A stretch of DNA of 64,000 bases, taken from the IMG/VR virus record IMGVR_UViG_3300035181_000471, positions 124,001 through 188,000 of that record; one strand, given 5' to 3'. Under the pieces are notes generated by a model. That model did not search any database and was not told the origin of the DNA. It was given only the letters and a program-made list of their open reading frames with translations. Within the stretch, counting starts at the first letter, position 1, and each line of letters starts with the position of its first letter. This document shows, piece by piece, positions 1-13,261 of this stretch. Both the position numbers and the translations under genes were made by a program.

Positions 1-2
1 AT

Positions 3-1532
3 GATCAGTTTGCAAATGCCACCGAAGTAGATAGATACTCCCAGTTCTGGAGAGAGTGGTCTGGAAATTTTGACTCACTGATGCAAGAAGATGGTTATGT
101 TCCTTATGTAATGAACTACTGGCTCATCCTTGATTCTGCCGTAAGTCCTCTTGCGAGTGGTGAATTATTCTCTTATTTAAAGACCGATTACATGACTCGT
201 GACTTGGGATGGAAGCCCGGAGATGGACTACTTAATCTACCCAAAGCCGTCTACTTCAATATTGATCCAGGTTGGAGACCCGATGATTCAAACAACGGAT
301 GGAGTGCAGATGGCAAGACCTTTGATGAACAAGCCTTCATCTCTCGTCCTGATATCCTGGCTCTACCTATTCCAACACAGATGGCGATGATGGATTTAAA
401 TAAGTCCTATGCCACTGTCCTAAAATTCCGTGATACTATGTCAGCCGCTATCGACAGTGAGATAACAGCTATTCAAGCAACCATTGACGAAGCCTCTTCT
501 GTAGTCGGATTCCAAGTCTCCACCTCGGACAAACTCACGCTTCTCACTAATGAACCTTATGTGATTTCCTTCCCCACTATAGTATTCGACCACACTAAGA
601 ATGTTGCAGACCCAACCAAGTTCATTGTCAAAAAGACTGGGGACTACACTGTGGCTGGAGCCTTCTACACTAGCACCTCTTCTACCCCAGCCACTAGAAA
701 AGTTGAGATTCTAGTTAACGGGAAAACCCTACTCTCCAACACCTCAGACAAAACTACCAATGAGGCTTTAATTGGTTTGAGTGGTGCGCTCCCATTAGTC
801 GAGAACGATGAGGTTCAGATCTTTATATCTCAAGACGGTGTTAACCCCGTAGAGCTACTTCAGGACTCTACAGTGTCCTTCATGGTCACAGTGTCCGATC
901 CAACAGTTGTGGCCGCTCAGAGTGCCTCCTACGGCTACCCGGTGGGTATTGGCTCCATCTTAAACCTCACCGCCTCATTCATCTCCACCAGCGGTAAAAT
1001 TCTCCCCATTCACCCTGAATTGGATGTTTCTACTCCGCCTTGGTTCGATGGTATCACTTTAAAGCCTGGAAAAGCTGATGAATCCGTGCCACTAGCTATG
1101 GAATACGGCAAGGTCTACTCAATTGATGAGCCTGTCTTAAGCCCAGGAATGGTAATGTTTGCTGGACCAAACGGAGTAATTAACCAGGACTACAACACCA
1201 CAGCCGCATCTTGTAGGTGGATTGTAGTGGTAGGCAAGGCCATCTCTCCAACTGAGTTTGTATTCCAGCCCCATCTACCCACTGACCAAGCCAAGTCCGG
1301 TGGAGGAGCCTCAGTGAACGATTCCAACTATGTCCATGAACAGACTACACCATCTAGTGCCTGGGTGGTCCACCACAATCTAGGTAAGTATGTCTCGGTT
1401 GATTTGGCCTATGACAACGGTCAGCAATTTGATGCAAACATCATCTACGGAACCGATGCAGATCCCAATGATCTCAACACTGTTAGGGTGTTCATGACTC
1501 GCGCCATCACGGGTAAGGCCATCTGTAATTAA
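3..1532 (+). CDS. 5'-truncated virion structural protein with C1q-like domain and C-terminal HNLG-type module
   Basis: Frame is open from position 3 (DQFANATEVDRYSQF...) into the tracked ORF 81..1532. IVFDHTKN...FIVKKTGDYTV resembles gC1q; the C-terminus is WVVHHNLGKYVSV. Confidence 0.6.
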   Translation, partial: DQFANATEVDRYSQFWREWSGNFDSLMQEDGYVPYVMNYWLILDSAVSPLASGELFSYLKTDYMTRDLGWKPGDGLLNLPKAVYFNIDPGWRPDDSNNGWSADGKTFDEQAFISRPDILALPIPTQMAMMDLNKSYATVLKFRDTMSAAIDSEITAIQATIDEASSVVGFQVSTSDKLTLLTNEPYVISFPTIVFDHTKNVADPTKFIVKKTGDYTVAGAFYTSTSSTPATRKVEILVNGKTLLSNTSDKTTNEALIGLSGALPLVENDEVQIFISQDGVNPVELLQDSTVSFMVTVSDPTVVAAQSASYGYPVGIGSILNLTASFISTSGKILPIHPELDVSTPPWFDGITLKPGKADESVPLAMEYGKVYSIDEPVLSPGMVMFAGPNGVINQDYNTTAASCRWIVVVGKAISPTEFVFQPHLPTDQAKSGGGASVNDSNYVHEQTTPSSAWVVHHNLGKYVSVDLAYDNGQQFDANIIYGTDADPNDLNTVRVFMTRAITGKAICN

Positions 1533-1534
1533 AG

Positions 1535-1554
1535 ACTTCCTGCTTCTTCTTTGA
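1535..1554 (+). promoter_or_regulatory. candidate late promoter motif
   Basis: ACTTCC-tgctt-CT-tcttt-GA, directly followed by SD-like GAGG and ATG 1565. Confidence 0.5.
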
Positions 1555-1564
1555 GGAATGTTGA

Positions 1565-4266
<2,702 letters not shown>

Positions 4267-4275
4267 GGATATACT

Positions 4276-7155
4276 ATGCCCCAGCCTTTAGTCAATAATA
4301 TCAGAAAGCAACTTGATCTTCCAACTTGGGAGTGGATGCGTTTTGCCCCAGCCGTTTCCGCTGGTGGATCTGCTTCCTGTGCCGCTGATAACTCTAACTT
4401 CCATGTCCAGCATGGGAGATACATTTACTATCTAATCAGTGCTACAGGTTTTTGGCGCTATGATACTTGGACTGACAGCTACGAACAGTTAACCTCTCCC
4501 CCAATCGCACCCCTAACATGGTCCTCCATGAAATTCAGTGGATCTATGGGTTTCGAAGGCTTAGTTCTAGGTGCGACCTCTACAACGCTAACCATACCCG
4601 CCTACTCTGGTCAAGCACTAAAATCCTTTGATATTCGTATCGTAGGTGGGACTGGTATGGGTCAAAGAAGAACTGTGTCGGCAGTAGCCGAACCAGTAAC
4701 CGCCGATACTGGCGTTCCAACCGCCGTAAACAATGTCCTTGGCGCTATTACTATCACGGATACAACTAAGAACTGGGTTGTCAACCAGTGGGCTGGGTAC
4801 CAAGTTAGAATCAGTTTCGGGGCTGGTGTGGGTCAGGTTCGCAGAATCATTTCAAACACGGCCACCGTTTTGACTCTCGGTGACATCGGCTGCTCTGGCA
4901 TGAATAACTTCTGTAACCCTGGTATTACCTCTCCTGCTATTTCTGCTGTAGCAGGTACACAGTCCATCTACACCATCGAGTCCTCAGTAGTGACCGTAGA
5001 TAACGCCTGGAGTGTAACCCCCGACATCACCTCTGTTTTTAGAGTTGAATCTGGAATGATCGTGTTGGCATCCAGCACTGCAACCACGCCTTTCTACACC
5101 CTACAATACTACGACATTCTATCAGATACCTGGTACATCAGAACCGCTAATACTTTGAATGTTGCTCTTGCTGGATCAGACGGAACTATTGAGAGATGCG
5201 CTGAGAATTCAACCCTTTGGGATAGGGGCAGTGCTTCTGCTGGATCTACTTCGACTACTCTTGTTGACCTGACAAAGAACTGGACCCCTAATCAGTGGGC
5301 TGGGTATTGGGTTAGAATTTTCTCTGGAACTGGTGAAGGTCAGCTAAGACAGATTGTCTCCAACACTCAAACGGGGTTAACTTGGTCCGTAGCTGGAACC
5401 GCCCCAGATACTACATCTGACTACCTAATTGATGGATTTGATTCTGGGACTGCCACTAGCGGGTCTACCACTACCATCGTTGACACCGCTAAAAACTGGG
5501 CTGTAAACCGCTGGGCTAACTACATGGTCAGAATGACTTGGGGAACTGGCAAAGGCCAGCTAGTCCAAATTGCCTCTAACACAGCAACAACTCTAACCTT
5601 TGTCCGCCCTGTCCCAGTCTCTCCAGACTCCACAACTACTTACTCCTTGCAGGGAGATGTCGATAAGATTTACTTAGCTATTCAGGCTAACGCCGCAACT
5701 TTGATTCATAACAATGACTGTGACATCGCTTCTTACGGAAGAATGTATGACCAGGGCATTGCCTCCAATGCAGTAGTGATCTATGGCTCTGGCATCTCGC
5801 CTTATAAGCCTATTGCCATCGCTTCCGCCACTCATGCCGCTACTACAGCTACCATCACCACAGCAATCTCTCATTGTTTAAAGGTTGGTATGACCATTAC
5901 GGTAAAGGGCATGACTGACGCCAATTTCAACACAACGGCGACAATTCTAACCGTCCCTTCTGCCACCACATTCACCTACACAATGGCTGGAACTCCCTCC
6001 GCTGACACGCTTGCTGGCACTCAGTCTACCACCACCCTAACTGACTCCTCAAAGAATTGGACTGTTAACCAGTGGGCTGGCTACATGGTCTATATGACCA
6101 CTACTGCTGTAACCGCCGCCACCGGACTTGCGACAGGGCAGGCTCTCCAGATTGCCTCTAATACGGCTACTACTCTTACATTCGTAGCTGGAACTGCGCC
6201 TATTAACGGAGTGTCACGCTATGTCATCACTCCAAGAAGCGTGATTGGAGCTATGGATCATGGTATCGCAACTGGAACCCAGTCCACTGTTCTTTTAACC
6301 GACACCAATAAGACTACAGCTTTTACTGGATCAGTGCCCAACGGAAGCACCATCCTAACTGTATCCACGACTCCAGCAGGAATCCTTTCACCTGGGATGT
6401 CTGTTACTGGAACTAGCATCCCAACTGGAACAGTGATCGTCAATCAGCTAACTTCCACCATGCCTAACGGCTCCCCAGGTGGGCAGGGAACCTACACTCT
6501 TTCCGCCGCCGCAACAGCCCTCATTTCCGGTGCCTCCATCACTCCAGGATGGGTGGTCAATGCCTATGCTGGCCGTAAGTGTAAGATTATTGGGTCTACT
6601 GGTCAGTCGCAAGAATCTACTATTACTGCCAACACAGCCAATACCCTAACCCTAACCACTTTAACCACAGCACCAGTAACCCTAGTTTCCTCCTATGTCA
6701 TTCTTGAGCCTTCAGTCCGTGGAGCCGGAATAGCTATGAACTGGGTTCCTGGACTCTCTAGTCCAGCAGGACAGACCTTAGCACAGGGAAACGCAGGAAA
6801 GTTTTTAGTAATTCCTCGTGGTGGCGGTGTAGTAGGATTTGATAAACTAGACATCACCACAGACCACTGGAACTTGATGCCTATAACTCCTCAGCTAGAA
6901 ACACTGACCACAGGCTCCATGTACTCCTACGATGGTGGGGATAGGATCTACTTCACTAAAGATGTCACCAACCGTTGCTACTACTTGGATGTCAACACCA
7001 ACACCGTCCATGCCGCTGGTCTATTCCCTTACTCGGTTGGTTCCGCCATCGTTGGTAACCGAATGGAAATCTTCACCACCGCTGACGGCTTAAAATTCTT
7101 GTGGTTGAACCGTCATGCAAACTTGGAGTGCTTCAGACAACTTCTCTTCTACTAA
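4276..7155 (+). CDS. repeat-rich virion appendage protein (about 6 copies of TDxxKNWxVNQWAGY repeat, propeller-like termini)
   Basis: Repeats such as ITDTTKNWVVNQWAGYQVRI, VDLTKNWTPNQWAGYWVRI, VDTAKNWAVNRWANYMVRM and TDSSKNWTVNQWAGYMVYM; Thr/Ser-rich. Confidence 0.7.
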   Translation: MPQPLVNNIRKQLDLPTWEWMRFAPAVSAGGSASCAADNSNFHVQHGRYIYYLISATGFWRYDTWTDSYEQLTSPPIAPLTWSSMKFSGSMGFEGLVLGATSTTLTIPAYSGQALKSFDIRIVGGTGMGQRRTVSAVAEPVTADTGVPTAVNNVLGAITITDTTKNWVVNQWAGYQVRISFGAGVGQVRRIISNTATVLTLGDIGCSGMNNFCNPGITSPAISAVAGTQSIYTIESSVVTVDNAWSVTPDITSVFRVESGMIVLASSTATTPFYTLQYYDILSDTWYIRTANTLNVALAGSDGTIERCAENSTLWDRGSASAGSTSTTLVDLTKNWTPNQWAGYWVRIFSGTGEGQLRQIVSNTQTGLTWSVAGTAPDTTSDYLIDGFDSGTATSGSTTTIVDTAKNWAVNRWANYMVRMTWGTGKGQLVQIASNTATTLTFVRPVPVSPDSTTTYSLQGDVDKIYLAIQANAATLIHNNDCDIASYGRMYDQGIASNAVVIYGSGISPYKPIAIASATHAATTATITTAISHCLKVGMTITVKGMTDANFNTTATILTVPSATTFTYTMAGTPSADTLAGTQSTTTLTDSSKNWTVNQWAGYMVYMTTTAVTAATGLATGQALQIASNTATTLTFVAGTAPINGVSRYVITPRSVIGAMDHGIATGTQSTVLLTDTNKTTAFTGSVPNGSTILTVSTTPAGILSPGMSVTGTSIPTGTVIVNQLTSTMPNGSPGGQGTYTLSAAATALISGASITPGWVVNAYAGRKCKIIGSTGQSQESTITANTANTLTLTTLTTAPVTLVSSYVILEPSVRGAGIAMNWVPGLSSPAGQTLAQGNAGKFLVIPRGGGVVGFDKLDITTDHWNLMPITPQLETLTTGSMYSYDGGDRIYFTKDVTNRCYYLDVNTNTVHAAGLFPYSVGSAIVGNRMEIFTTADGLKFLWLNRHANLECFRQLLFY

Positions 7156-7185
7156 ATAGAGCTTTTGAACTCTATTTAGTAGAAG
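7146..7185. repeat. perfect 16-bp inverted repeat with 8-nt loop
   Basis: CTTCTACTAAATAGAG-cttttgaa-CTCTATTTAGTAGAAG; overlaps the stop at 7155; no U-tract on either side. Confidence 0.85.
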
Positions 7186-7198
7186 GCAGAATTAATTC

Positions 7199-10100
7199 AT
7201 GTCATTACCTTGGCTCCAACCAATTGAAGGCGTGTCCTTTAACCAAATTACCGGGCTATCCGATGCCGCTCCGCTTATCGAGGGTGTAGCATCGCCTGGA
7301 ACCTCTACGCTTGTCGCTAGAGCAGACCATGTGCATCCCGCTGGCGGTGGAGCCGCAGGTGCTACGGGAGCTACCGGAACCACAGGTGCTACCGGAGCAA
7401 CCGGAAACCCTGGGGCCACTGGCCCAGCTTCTACTGTAACAGGCCCTACCGGAGCGGCTGGAAACACGGGTATGACTGGTATGACTGGGGGTACCGGAGC
7501 CGTAGGCTTGACTGGGAACAGCGGTGCTACTGGTGGCATGGGTATGACCGGAATGACAGGTGTGACCGGAGCTACTGGCCCAGCCTCTACTGTAACCGGA
7601 GCAACTGGAGCCTCCGGCCCAACTGGTCTAACAGGGGCGACTGGAAACACAGGAAACAGCGGAGCTACTGGGGCTACTGGTTCTACTGGTAATGTTGGTG
7701 CTTATACCATGAATACTGCTAGACTTCTTGGTAGAACTACAGCAAGCACTGGAGCCCCAGAAGAAATTTCTGTTTCCGCCCCTTTATCCTTATCTTCTCT
7801 CGTTTTATCAATTCCTGCTGCAACAACCTCCGCGAATGGCTACCTAACTAGCACTGACTGGAATACATTTAACGGTAAACAGGCGGCGTATACTAATCTA
7901 ACAACATTCGGTTCTCTGCCTAATGCCATTGGTTATCTTTATAATGATGGCTCTGGTGTTCTATCCTATTCTACTACTTTAGGTGGTGTATCAAGTTTTA
8001 ACACAAGAACAGGTGCAGTAACTCTAAACTCTTCTGATGTAACTACCGCCTTAAACTATACTCCAATTAACAAGGCTGGGGACACCTTCACTGGAGCCGT
8101 TGCCTTGAATACGGGGGCGTTATCCGCCGCCAGTTCCGCGTATTCTTCTGTGATTCTGGTGGGTGGCTTGGGATCACCTTGGGCTGGAAAGACATACTTC
8201 GGAGATGGCACTGGGTGGAAGTATGCCTTTTCTCGTCGAAGCGCAAGCGTGGATACAGATGTCCTAACTATCCAGGACAACGGAAACATCAGTTCTTTGG
8301 GTAGTATCTCTGCTGGTGGACAGATAACTGGCACACAGTTCAATGGTTCTGGTGCAGGATTAACAGGGACAGCAAATTCATTAACTGCTGGGGGTGCCCT
8401 GGCTGCTACTCTCTTACTAAACGGTAACAATTGCCAAGGTATTATCAGGTCAAATGGAGATTCTTCACCTAACCTCCATCTTGACCCTACTACTGGCGCT
8501 AATTCTGTATATCTGAATTTCTATGCTGGGACTGGTGGAACCAAATTCTGTAACGGCTCTAATGGTGTTGTGGCTTCTATTGATGGAAGCGGTAACGGTA
8601 ATTTTAATGGCTCTATATCAGCCATCCAAATATACGGTAAATCAAATTTATCAAATCAACAAGCACCATTAAATTATTCCTATATTGGTAGTACAGATGA
8701 TAATGCAACTGATACTGTTGTATTGCTGCACCCTGCCTACAATGGAACAATAATCAATAAGTATCTATTTGATGGCACTATCACATTCCAGCGAGGTAGC
8801 ACTGGATCATCCAATATATCTGATACTTATGTAGTAAAAACTTCTACCGCATATACTTCAAATACTGGTTCTATAATTTCAAGAAATACCGCTAATACTG
8901 CCAATCTCATAACTTGCACATATAACAGTGTGCTTTATGTTGCTATATATGTTCCTAAAACATCATCAAGATCCATATATTACAAGGGTGATCTACTATC
9001 TACGCTTACCAGCCCATTAGTATTATCTGCTTCCTCTGTTAGCAATGTTTCAGTTCTGACACAAGATAATACTAATCTTGGTGGTTCCATATCAGCTACA
9101 TCAGGAACATTTAATACTGGTGGAGCTACTGTCTATGCCGGATTAGAAGTAAAGGCTTCTGGAAATAATACAATCGGTGGTAATAGATCCTCGGTAATCA
9201 TCCATCGCGGGGTTACTACTGGAAATCAATCGGGATTTCTTCAATTCGGAACTCCTGGCGGCACAAGTGTTTGGTGTTTGTTTAATGACTTTGGTGTCGC
9301 AGGAGGAAATGATTTTACTATTTTTAATGTTGCTGGAACCAACGCTCCCGCATTATCCTTCTCTTCTACAAGTGCCGCTACCTTCGCATCATCCGTCAGT
9401 ATGGGTGCGCTAGTAGCTACTTCAGGAACAATAAATGGTCCTGTTGAAATAGGCACAGGAGCGGATAAAACCTCAATAAATTCAGGTTCTATAGGATTTA
9501 ATAGAAGAACCTATGATGGTGCTATATATGATAACACTGGATATGCCTATCAGTGGCAACATACAAAAAGCACAACAGCCGCTTCGGATTATTTAGCACT
9601 ACAAGTATATAATCCCAGTGGCACACAAATAACACCTGTAGCTATTAAGGTTGATGGGAACGGTAATACGCAATTAAGTGGTTCCTTATCGGCTACTAGT
9701 GGGTCTTTTACACTCCCGGTCGTATGCCACTCCATGTCTGCGGGTGCTAATTTTACTGGTAATTGGTCTGGAGCTAACTACTGGGGTATTGGTCCCATTT
9801 CAGCACATGGAATTAGGCTTGGGATGGTAGATGCTTCAAATGCGTTTATGGCTGCCCCCGGAGATATGTCTTTACAGATAGATGCTTCTGTAAGTATGAG
9901 TGCCCTAACTGCTAATTCTGTCTCTATCAATCCAGTTACATTGGATTTATCTGGATTAGATCAAGCTACTTGGTATCCAGTTACTATAGGTATTCCCGTA
10001 AGAAGAAGAACCAGAATGAGAATCATGGTATCTCTTGATTCTGGAACTGTTCCTAATTGGTCCACCCATAGTCAAGGTTTCTCTGTTCTATGTGATTGGA

Positions 10101-11254
10101 CTTCTAATGGTAATGGATGGGGAATTGTTCCTGTCACAAGAACAATTCATACCTACACTTATAGCTGGTCTAATGTAAGTCCTGTTGGTGGCATTGCCCA
10201 AATGTCTAATAGCTCCCTTGAGGTAGTTTATCTAAGGGGTGGTGGTAAGTATTTCTTTGAGGCAGATTATCCAGTTACACCCGTTATTCAGACTACCAGC
10301 TACACAACTAACTCCCAGACGGTTTCTCCATCTACCTCACTAATAAATGATGTGTTTTCATCTGCTAATGCTCCTGTTGCTTTTGGTAGTGGAACATTTA
10401 GTGGTGCCCTATCAGCCTCTAACTTCTCTGGTTCGTCTTCAGGGACAAATACAGGCGACCAAACTAACATCTCTGGAACTGCTTCTAACATTACAGCTTA
10501 TACAATCAACCAAAATCTAGGAGTAGGAAATCAGGTAACATTTGATAGTGTAATTACTGGTAACAATGGTAATGGAACTAATTTTAGAATAGGGGATGAT
10601 TCTTGGATTGGTGATATTAATGTAGCAAATACATTCAGAGTTCAAGGTGTTCAGAATGCCGCCGCTGGTTATATTTGCTTTGGTAATGGTGATACTACAG
10701 CTTTAGGTAGAACTGGAACAGGAGCCTTAACTTATGGCGGTAACACTGTTATTCATTCTGGTAATATCGGTTCTCAAACAGTAGCTACAGCAGGAAACTT
10801 AACAGGACATGCTGCTGGTTATGCTTATGCTGATGGTGGAACAGCCACTAATCTATCAGGTGGTTCTGTTAATGCTACTACGGGAAGTTTTAGTGGTAGC
10901 GTGGGCTCTACTGGTGGAAGTGTATATGCTGCCGCAGGAGATGGTAATGGGTTTTATTTGTGGGGAAACTCCCTAAATTACTCTGTCTATATGTCCTCAG
11001 CAGCTAATGGAACCTACGGTGGAGGTTGGAACCAAAGTGGCAGTCCCGCTTCGGATTACAATATGTATTTCAACATGACTGGTTACGCTCGTGGGTATGC
11101 CTTCAAGAATAATGGAGCCGTATTTGCTCAACTTATTCCTAAGACTGGCGGGTCCTATGTTGGAGGTATGTTGATTCTTCGTGATGTTACAAATAACAAC
11201 GGCTACGGTATCTACATGGATGCCGGAGTAATGAAAGTGATCCAGGTGACCTAA
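7199..11254 (+). CDS. long tail fibre (collagen-like N-terminal segment, mosaic Gly/Ser/Asn-rich modules)
   Basis: G-x-T repeats at about 7358-7700; fibre-type motifs [39 protein letters not shown] and [12 protein letters not shown]. Confidence 0.8.
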   Translation: MSLPWLQPIEGVSFNQITGLSDAAPLIEGVASPGTSTLVARADHVHPAGGGAAGATGATGTTGATGATGNPGATGPASTVTGPTGAAGNTGMTGMTGGTGAVGLTGNSGATGGMGMTGMTGVTGATGPASTVTGATGASGPTGLTGATGNTGNSGATGATGSTGNVGAYTMNTARLLGRTTASTGAPEEISVSAPLSLSSLVLSIPAATTSANGYLTSTDWNTFNGKQAAYTNLTTFGSLPNAIGYLYNDGSGVLSYSTTLGGVSSFNTRTGAVTLNSSDVTTALNYTPINKAGDTFTGAVALNTGALSAASSAYSSVILVGGLGSPWAGKTYFGDGTGWKYAFSRRSASVDTDVLTIQDNGNISSLGSISAGGQITGTQFNGSGAGLTGTANSLTAGGALAATLLLNGNNCQGIIRSNGDSSPNLHLDPTTGANSVYLNFYAGTGGTKFCNGSNGVVASIDGSGNGNFNGSISAIQIYGKSNLSNQQAPLNYSYIGSTDDNATDTVVLLHPAYNGTIINKYLFDGTITFQRGSTGSSNISDTYVVKTSTAYTSNTGSIISRNTANTANLITCTYNSVLYVAIYVPKTSSRSIYYKGDLLSTLTSPLVLSASSVSNVSVLTQDNTNLGGSISATSGTFNTGGATVYAGLEVKASGNNTIGGNRSSVIIHRGVTTGNQSGFLQFGTPGGTSVWCLFNDFGVAGGNDFTIFNVAGTNAPALSFSSTSAATFASSVSMGALVATSGTINGPVEIGTGADKTSINSGSIGFNRRTYDGAIYDNTGYAYQWQHTKSTTAASDYLALQVYNPSGTQITPVAIKVDGNGNTQLSGSLSATSGSFTLPVVCHSMSAGANFTGNWSGANYWGIGPISAHGIRLGMVDASNAFMAAPGDMSLQIDASVSMSALTANSVSINPVTLDLSGLDQATWYPVTIGIPVRRRTRMRIMVSLDSGTVPNWSTHSQGFSVLCDWTSNGNGWGIVPVTRTIHTYTYSWSNVSPVGGIAQMSNSSLEVVYLRGGGKYFFEADYPVTPVIQTTSYTTNSQTVSPSTSLINDVFSSANAPVAFGSGTFSGALSASNFSGSSSGTNTGDQTNISGTASNITAYTINQNLGVGNQVTFDSVITGNNGNGTNFRIGDDSWIGDINVANTFRVQGVQNAAAGYICFGNGDTTALGRTGTGALTYGGNTVIHSGNIGSQTVATAGNLTGHAAGYAYADGGTATNLSGGSVNATTGSFSGSVGSTGGSVYAAAGDGNGFYLWGNSLNYSVYMSSAANGTYGGGWNQSGSPASDYNMYFNMTGYARGYAFKNNGAVFAQLIPKTGGSYVGGMLILRDVTNNNGYGIYMDAGVMKVIQVT

Positions 11255-11874
11255 TGACTTATGCTGCTACACTAGACTATGTTGCTCCTACTACATCTAC
11301 GGGGAAGGAGCTTTACGCTAGTAATGAGTACAACACCTCTACAGGAGCAATCACCAGACCTTCTACAACCTTTGTAGGAGCCTTCACGAAAGATGGGTCC
11401 TCTCGTATTGCATATATTACGGCTTGGACCGTTCAATGCACTTGTGATCTAAACTGTGCTAGTGATGGAGGGTGCTGTCCGGGTCCTTTGGTGCCTATCA
11501 CAATGGCAGATGGGTCACAGAAGCTTGCTAAGGATCTTCAGGCTGGTGATAAGGTCATGGGATACCACGAAGCTGAGAGCCGTTGGGGGGGATTTAGGGT
11601 TAGTGCCGTGGCGCGAGGTATGAACCACCTCTACCGAGTAGAACTAGAATCTGGGATTCGGATGGATTTTGCTCGTAACCATAGACTCCTAGACACTAAT
11701 AACAATTGGTTGCGTGTGGATAGTCTGCGTGTTGGAACTAAACTTTTTGGACGCCTTGGAGGAGTCGTAAAGGCTGTCGAGGACATTGGTTGGGGAGAAG
11801 TTATTAAAATTACTGTGGAAGATGCTCAAACCTACGACACTTGTGGCCTCTTGAATCACAACATTAAGAACTAG
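11254..11874 (+). CDS. Cys-rich N-terminal peptide fused to a Hint (bacterial intein-like) autoprocessing domain
   Basis: QCTCDLNCASDGGC then CPGPLVPITMADGSQKLAKDLQAGDKV (Hint block A), block-B His (ARNH) and terminal HN-IKN; TAATG coupling to the fibre gene. Confidence 0.8.
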   Translation: MTYAATLDYVAPTTSTGKELYASNEYNTSTGAITRPSTTFVGAFTKDGSSRIAYITAWTVQCTCDLNCASDGGCCPGPLVPITMADGSQKLAKDLQAGDKVMGYHEAESRWGGFRVSAVARGMNHLYRVELESGIRMDFARNHRLLDTNNNWLRVDSLRVGTKLFGRLGGVVKAVEDIGWGEVIKITVEDAQTYDTCGLLNHNIKN

Positions 11875-11881
11875 GATCACA

Positions 11882-13249
11882 ATGCACCCAGATTTTGTCC
11901 GCGTCAACTACACAGATTTTGATATTATTTACGCCCCTCGTCTTGATGTGGGGATTAAAGTAAGCCCAGGTGCAGATGGAGATGCTGAAATTGCCGCATT
12001 AGATTTACCAGCCTATGAAGCTCTTGGTGACCCACCATACTTTGTTGATCTAGACTCAAACATATCATTGAAGGACTATGATCAGATTACTTTGGGTATT
12101 ACCAGTAAATGCAACTTGCGTTGTGTCTATTGCTATTGTGATGGTGGTGAACATGATGATACGATGGAAAATAATGACATCATGACAGTGATCGAACAAA
12201 TCCCTAAAATGAGCAAAAAGGAGGTTAAGATCACTCTTTTCTCAGATGGGGAAACTATGGTTGAGCGAAGCACTCTCTTTGCTGCGCTGGCTAGAATTAG
12301 AGAGATTGAAACCGAGTCAGGAAAGGACATTACGGTTATCCTTGTGACTAACGGCTCACTGATCAACGAGTACTCCATTGAGTTTCTAAAAAAGGGGGTT
12401 AATCGCTTTCAGGTCAGCTACGATGGTTGTCCCGAAGCTCAAGGTGTAAATAGACCTAATGCTTTGGGCCAGTCTTCTCACGATGCGGTAGCAAAAGGTA
12501 TCAGGCTCATTGAAGCTGCGGGAATTCCATACCACCTACGAGGAACGGTTACCAGGAAGACAGTCAGACTAATTAGTGAGTCAGTTCGGTACATTCAAAA
12601 CAATTTCCCTCGTGCCCTTGGTTATCATGTTGAACCCGCAACTGGAGAGGGGCGACAAGATGGCCTTGATCCCTCCGTTGAAGATTTCTGTCGTGAATTC
12701 GTCAAGGCCCATAAAATCTCTCGGGATCTTGGGTTCAAACTCATCACAAAAGTTAATCTGGTTCCGAAGAAGGGGTTCTGTGGGGCCACAACTGGTCCAG
12801 GTTTATATATCACGCCTAATGGGGACCTGACAGGGTGTTCACGAGTCACACGCAAGGATGACCCGCTTGCAGATAAGTACATCTATGGTTCGATTAATCT
12901 GAAGACCGGAGATCTTCATTTTGACTATGATAAAGCCAAGAAACTTCGTCAAGCCACAGTTGTTGATGCCTACCCGGACTGCGAGGGTTGTTTTGCTCGT
13001 GCTAGCTGCGCTGGAGGTTGTTCAGCTATCAGAGATCAAGGTGGTCATGACTTTGATTGTGAGTCTACTAGAATCCTGACCAAATATCTAATCCTAGATC
13101 GCTACGAGAACGGAGAGTGTCGTAACCAAGTCATTGATCGAGAACTAGCGTATAAGAAGCCTAGGGTTGAGATTAAGTTTACCCCATCACAAATGCAGAT
13201 GGCACAGCCGACTGGCTTCTCAGTCTCATTTTCAGCCGCTAATCACTAG
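11882..13249 (+). CDS. radical SAM enzyme with C-terminal SPASM domain
   Basis: CNLRCVYC (CxxxCxxC), VTNGSL, VSYDG; SPASM cysteines FCGA...GDLTGC...CEGCFARASCAGGC...DC. Confidence 0.92.
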   Translation: MHPDFVRVNYTDFDIIYAPRLDVGIKVSPGADGDAEIAALDLPAYEALGDPPYFVDLDSNISLKDYDQITLGITSKCNLRCVYCYCDGGEHDDTMENNDIMTVIEQIPKMSKKEVKITLFSDGETMVERSTLFAALARIREIETESGKDITVILVTNGSLINEYSIEFLKKGVNRFQVSYDGCPEAQGVNRPNALGQSSHDAVAKGIRLIEAAGIPYHLRGTVTRKTVRLISESVRYIQNNFPRALGYHVEPATGEGRQDGLDPSVEDFCREFVKAHKISRDLGFKLITKVNLVPKKGFCGATTGPGLYITPNGDLTGCSRVTRKDDPLADKYIYGSINLKTGDLHFDYDKAKKLRQATVVDAYPDCEGCFARASCAGGCSAIRDQGGHDFDCESTRILTKYLILDRYENGECRNQVIDRELAYKKPRVEIKFTPSQMQMAQPTGFSVSFSAANH

Positions 13250-13261
13250 GAGAACAACACT

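Noticed and set aside
11437-11490. Formylglycine (anSME) substrate motif, or a true splicing intein
   Set aside because: No C-x-P/A-x-R sulfatase motif; only three residues follow the HN, so there is no C-extein to splice.
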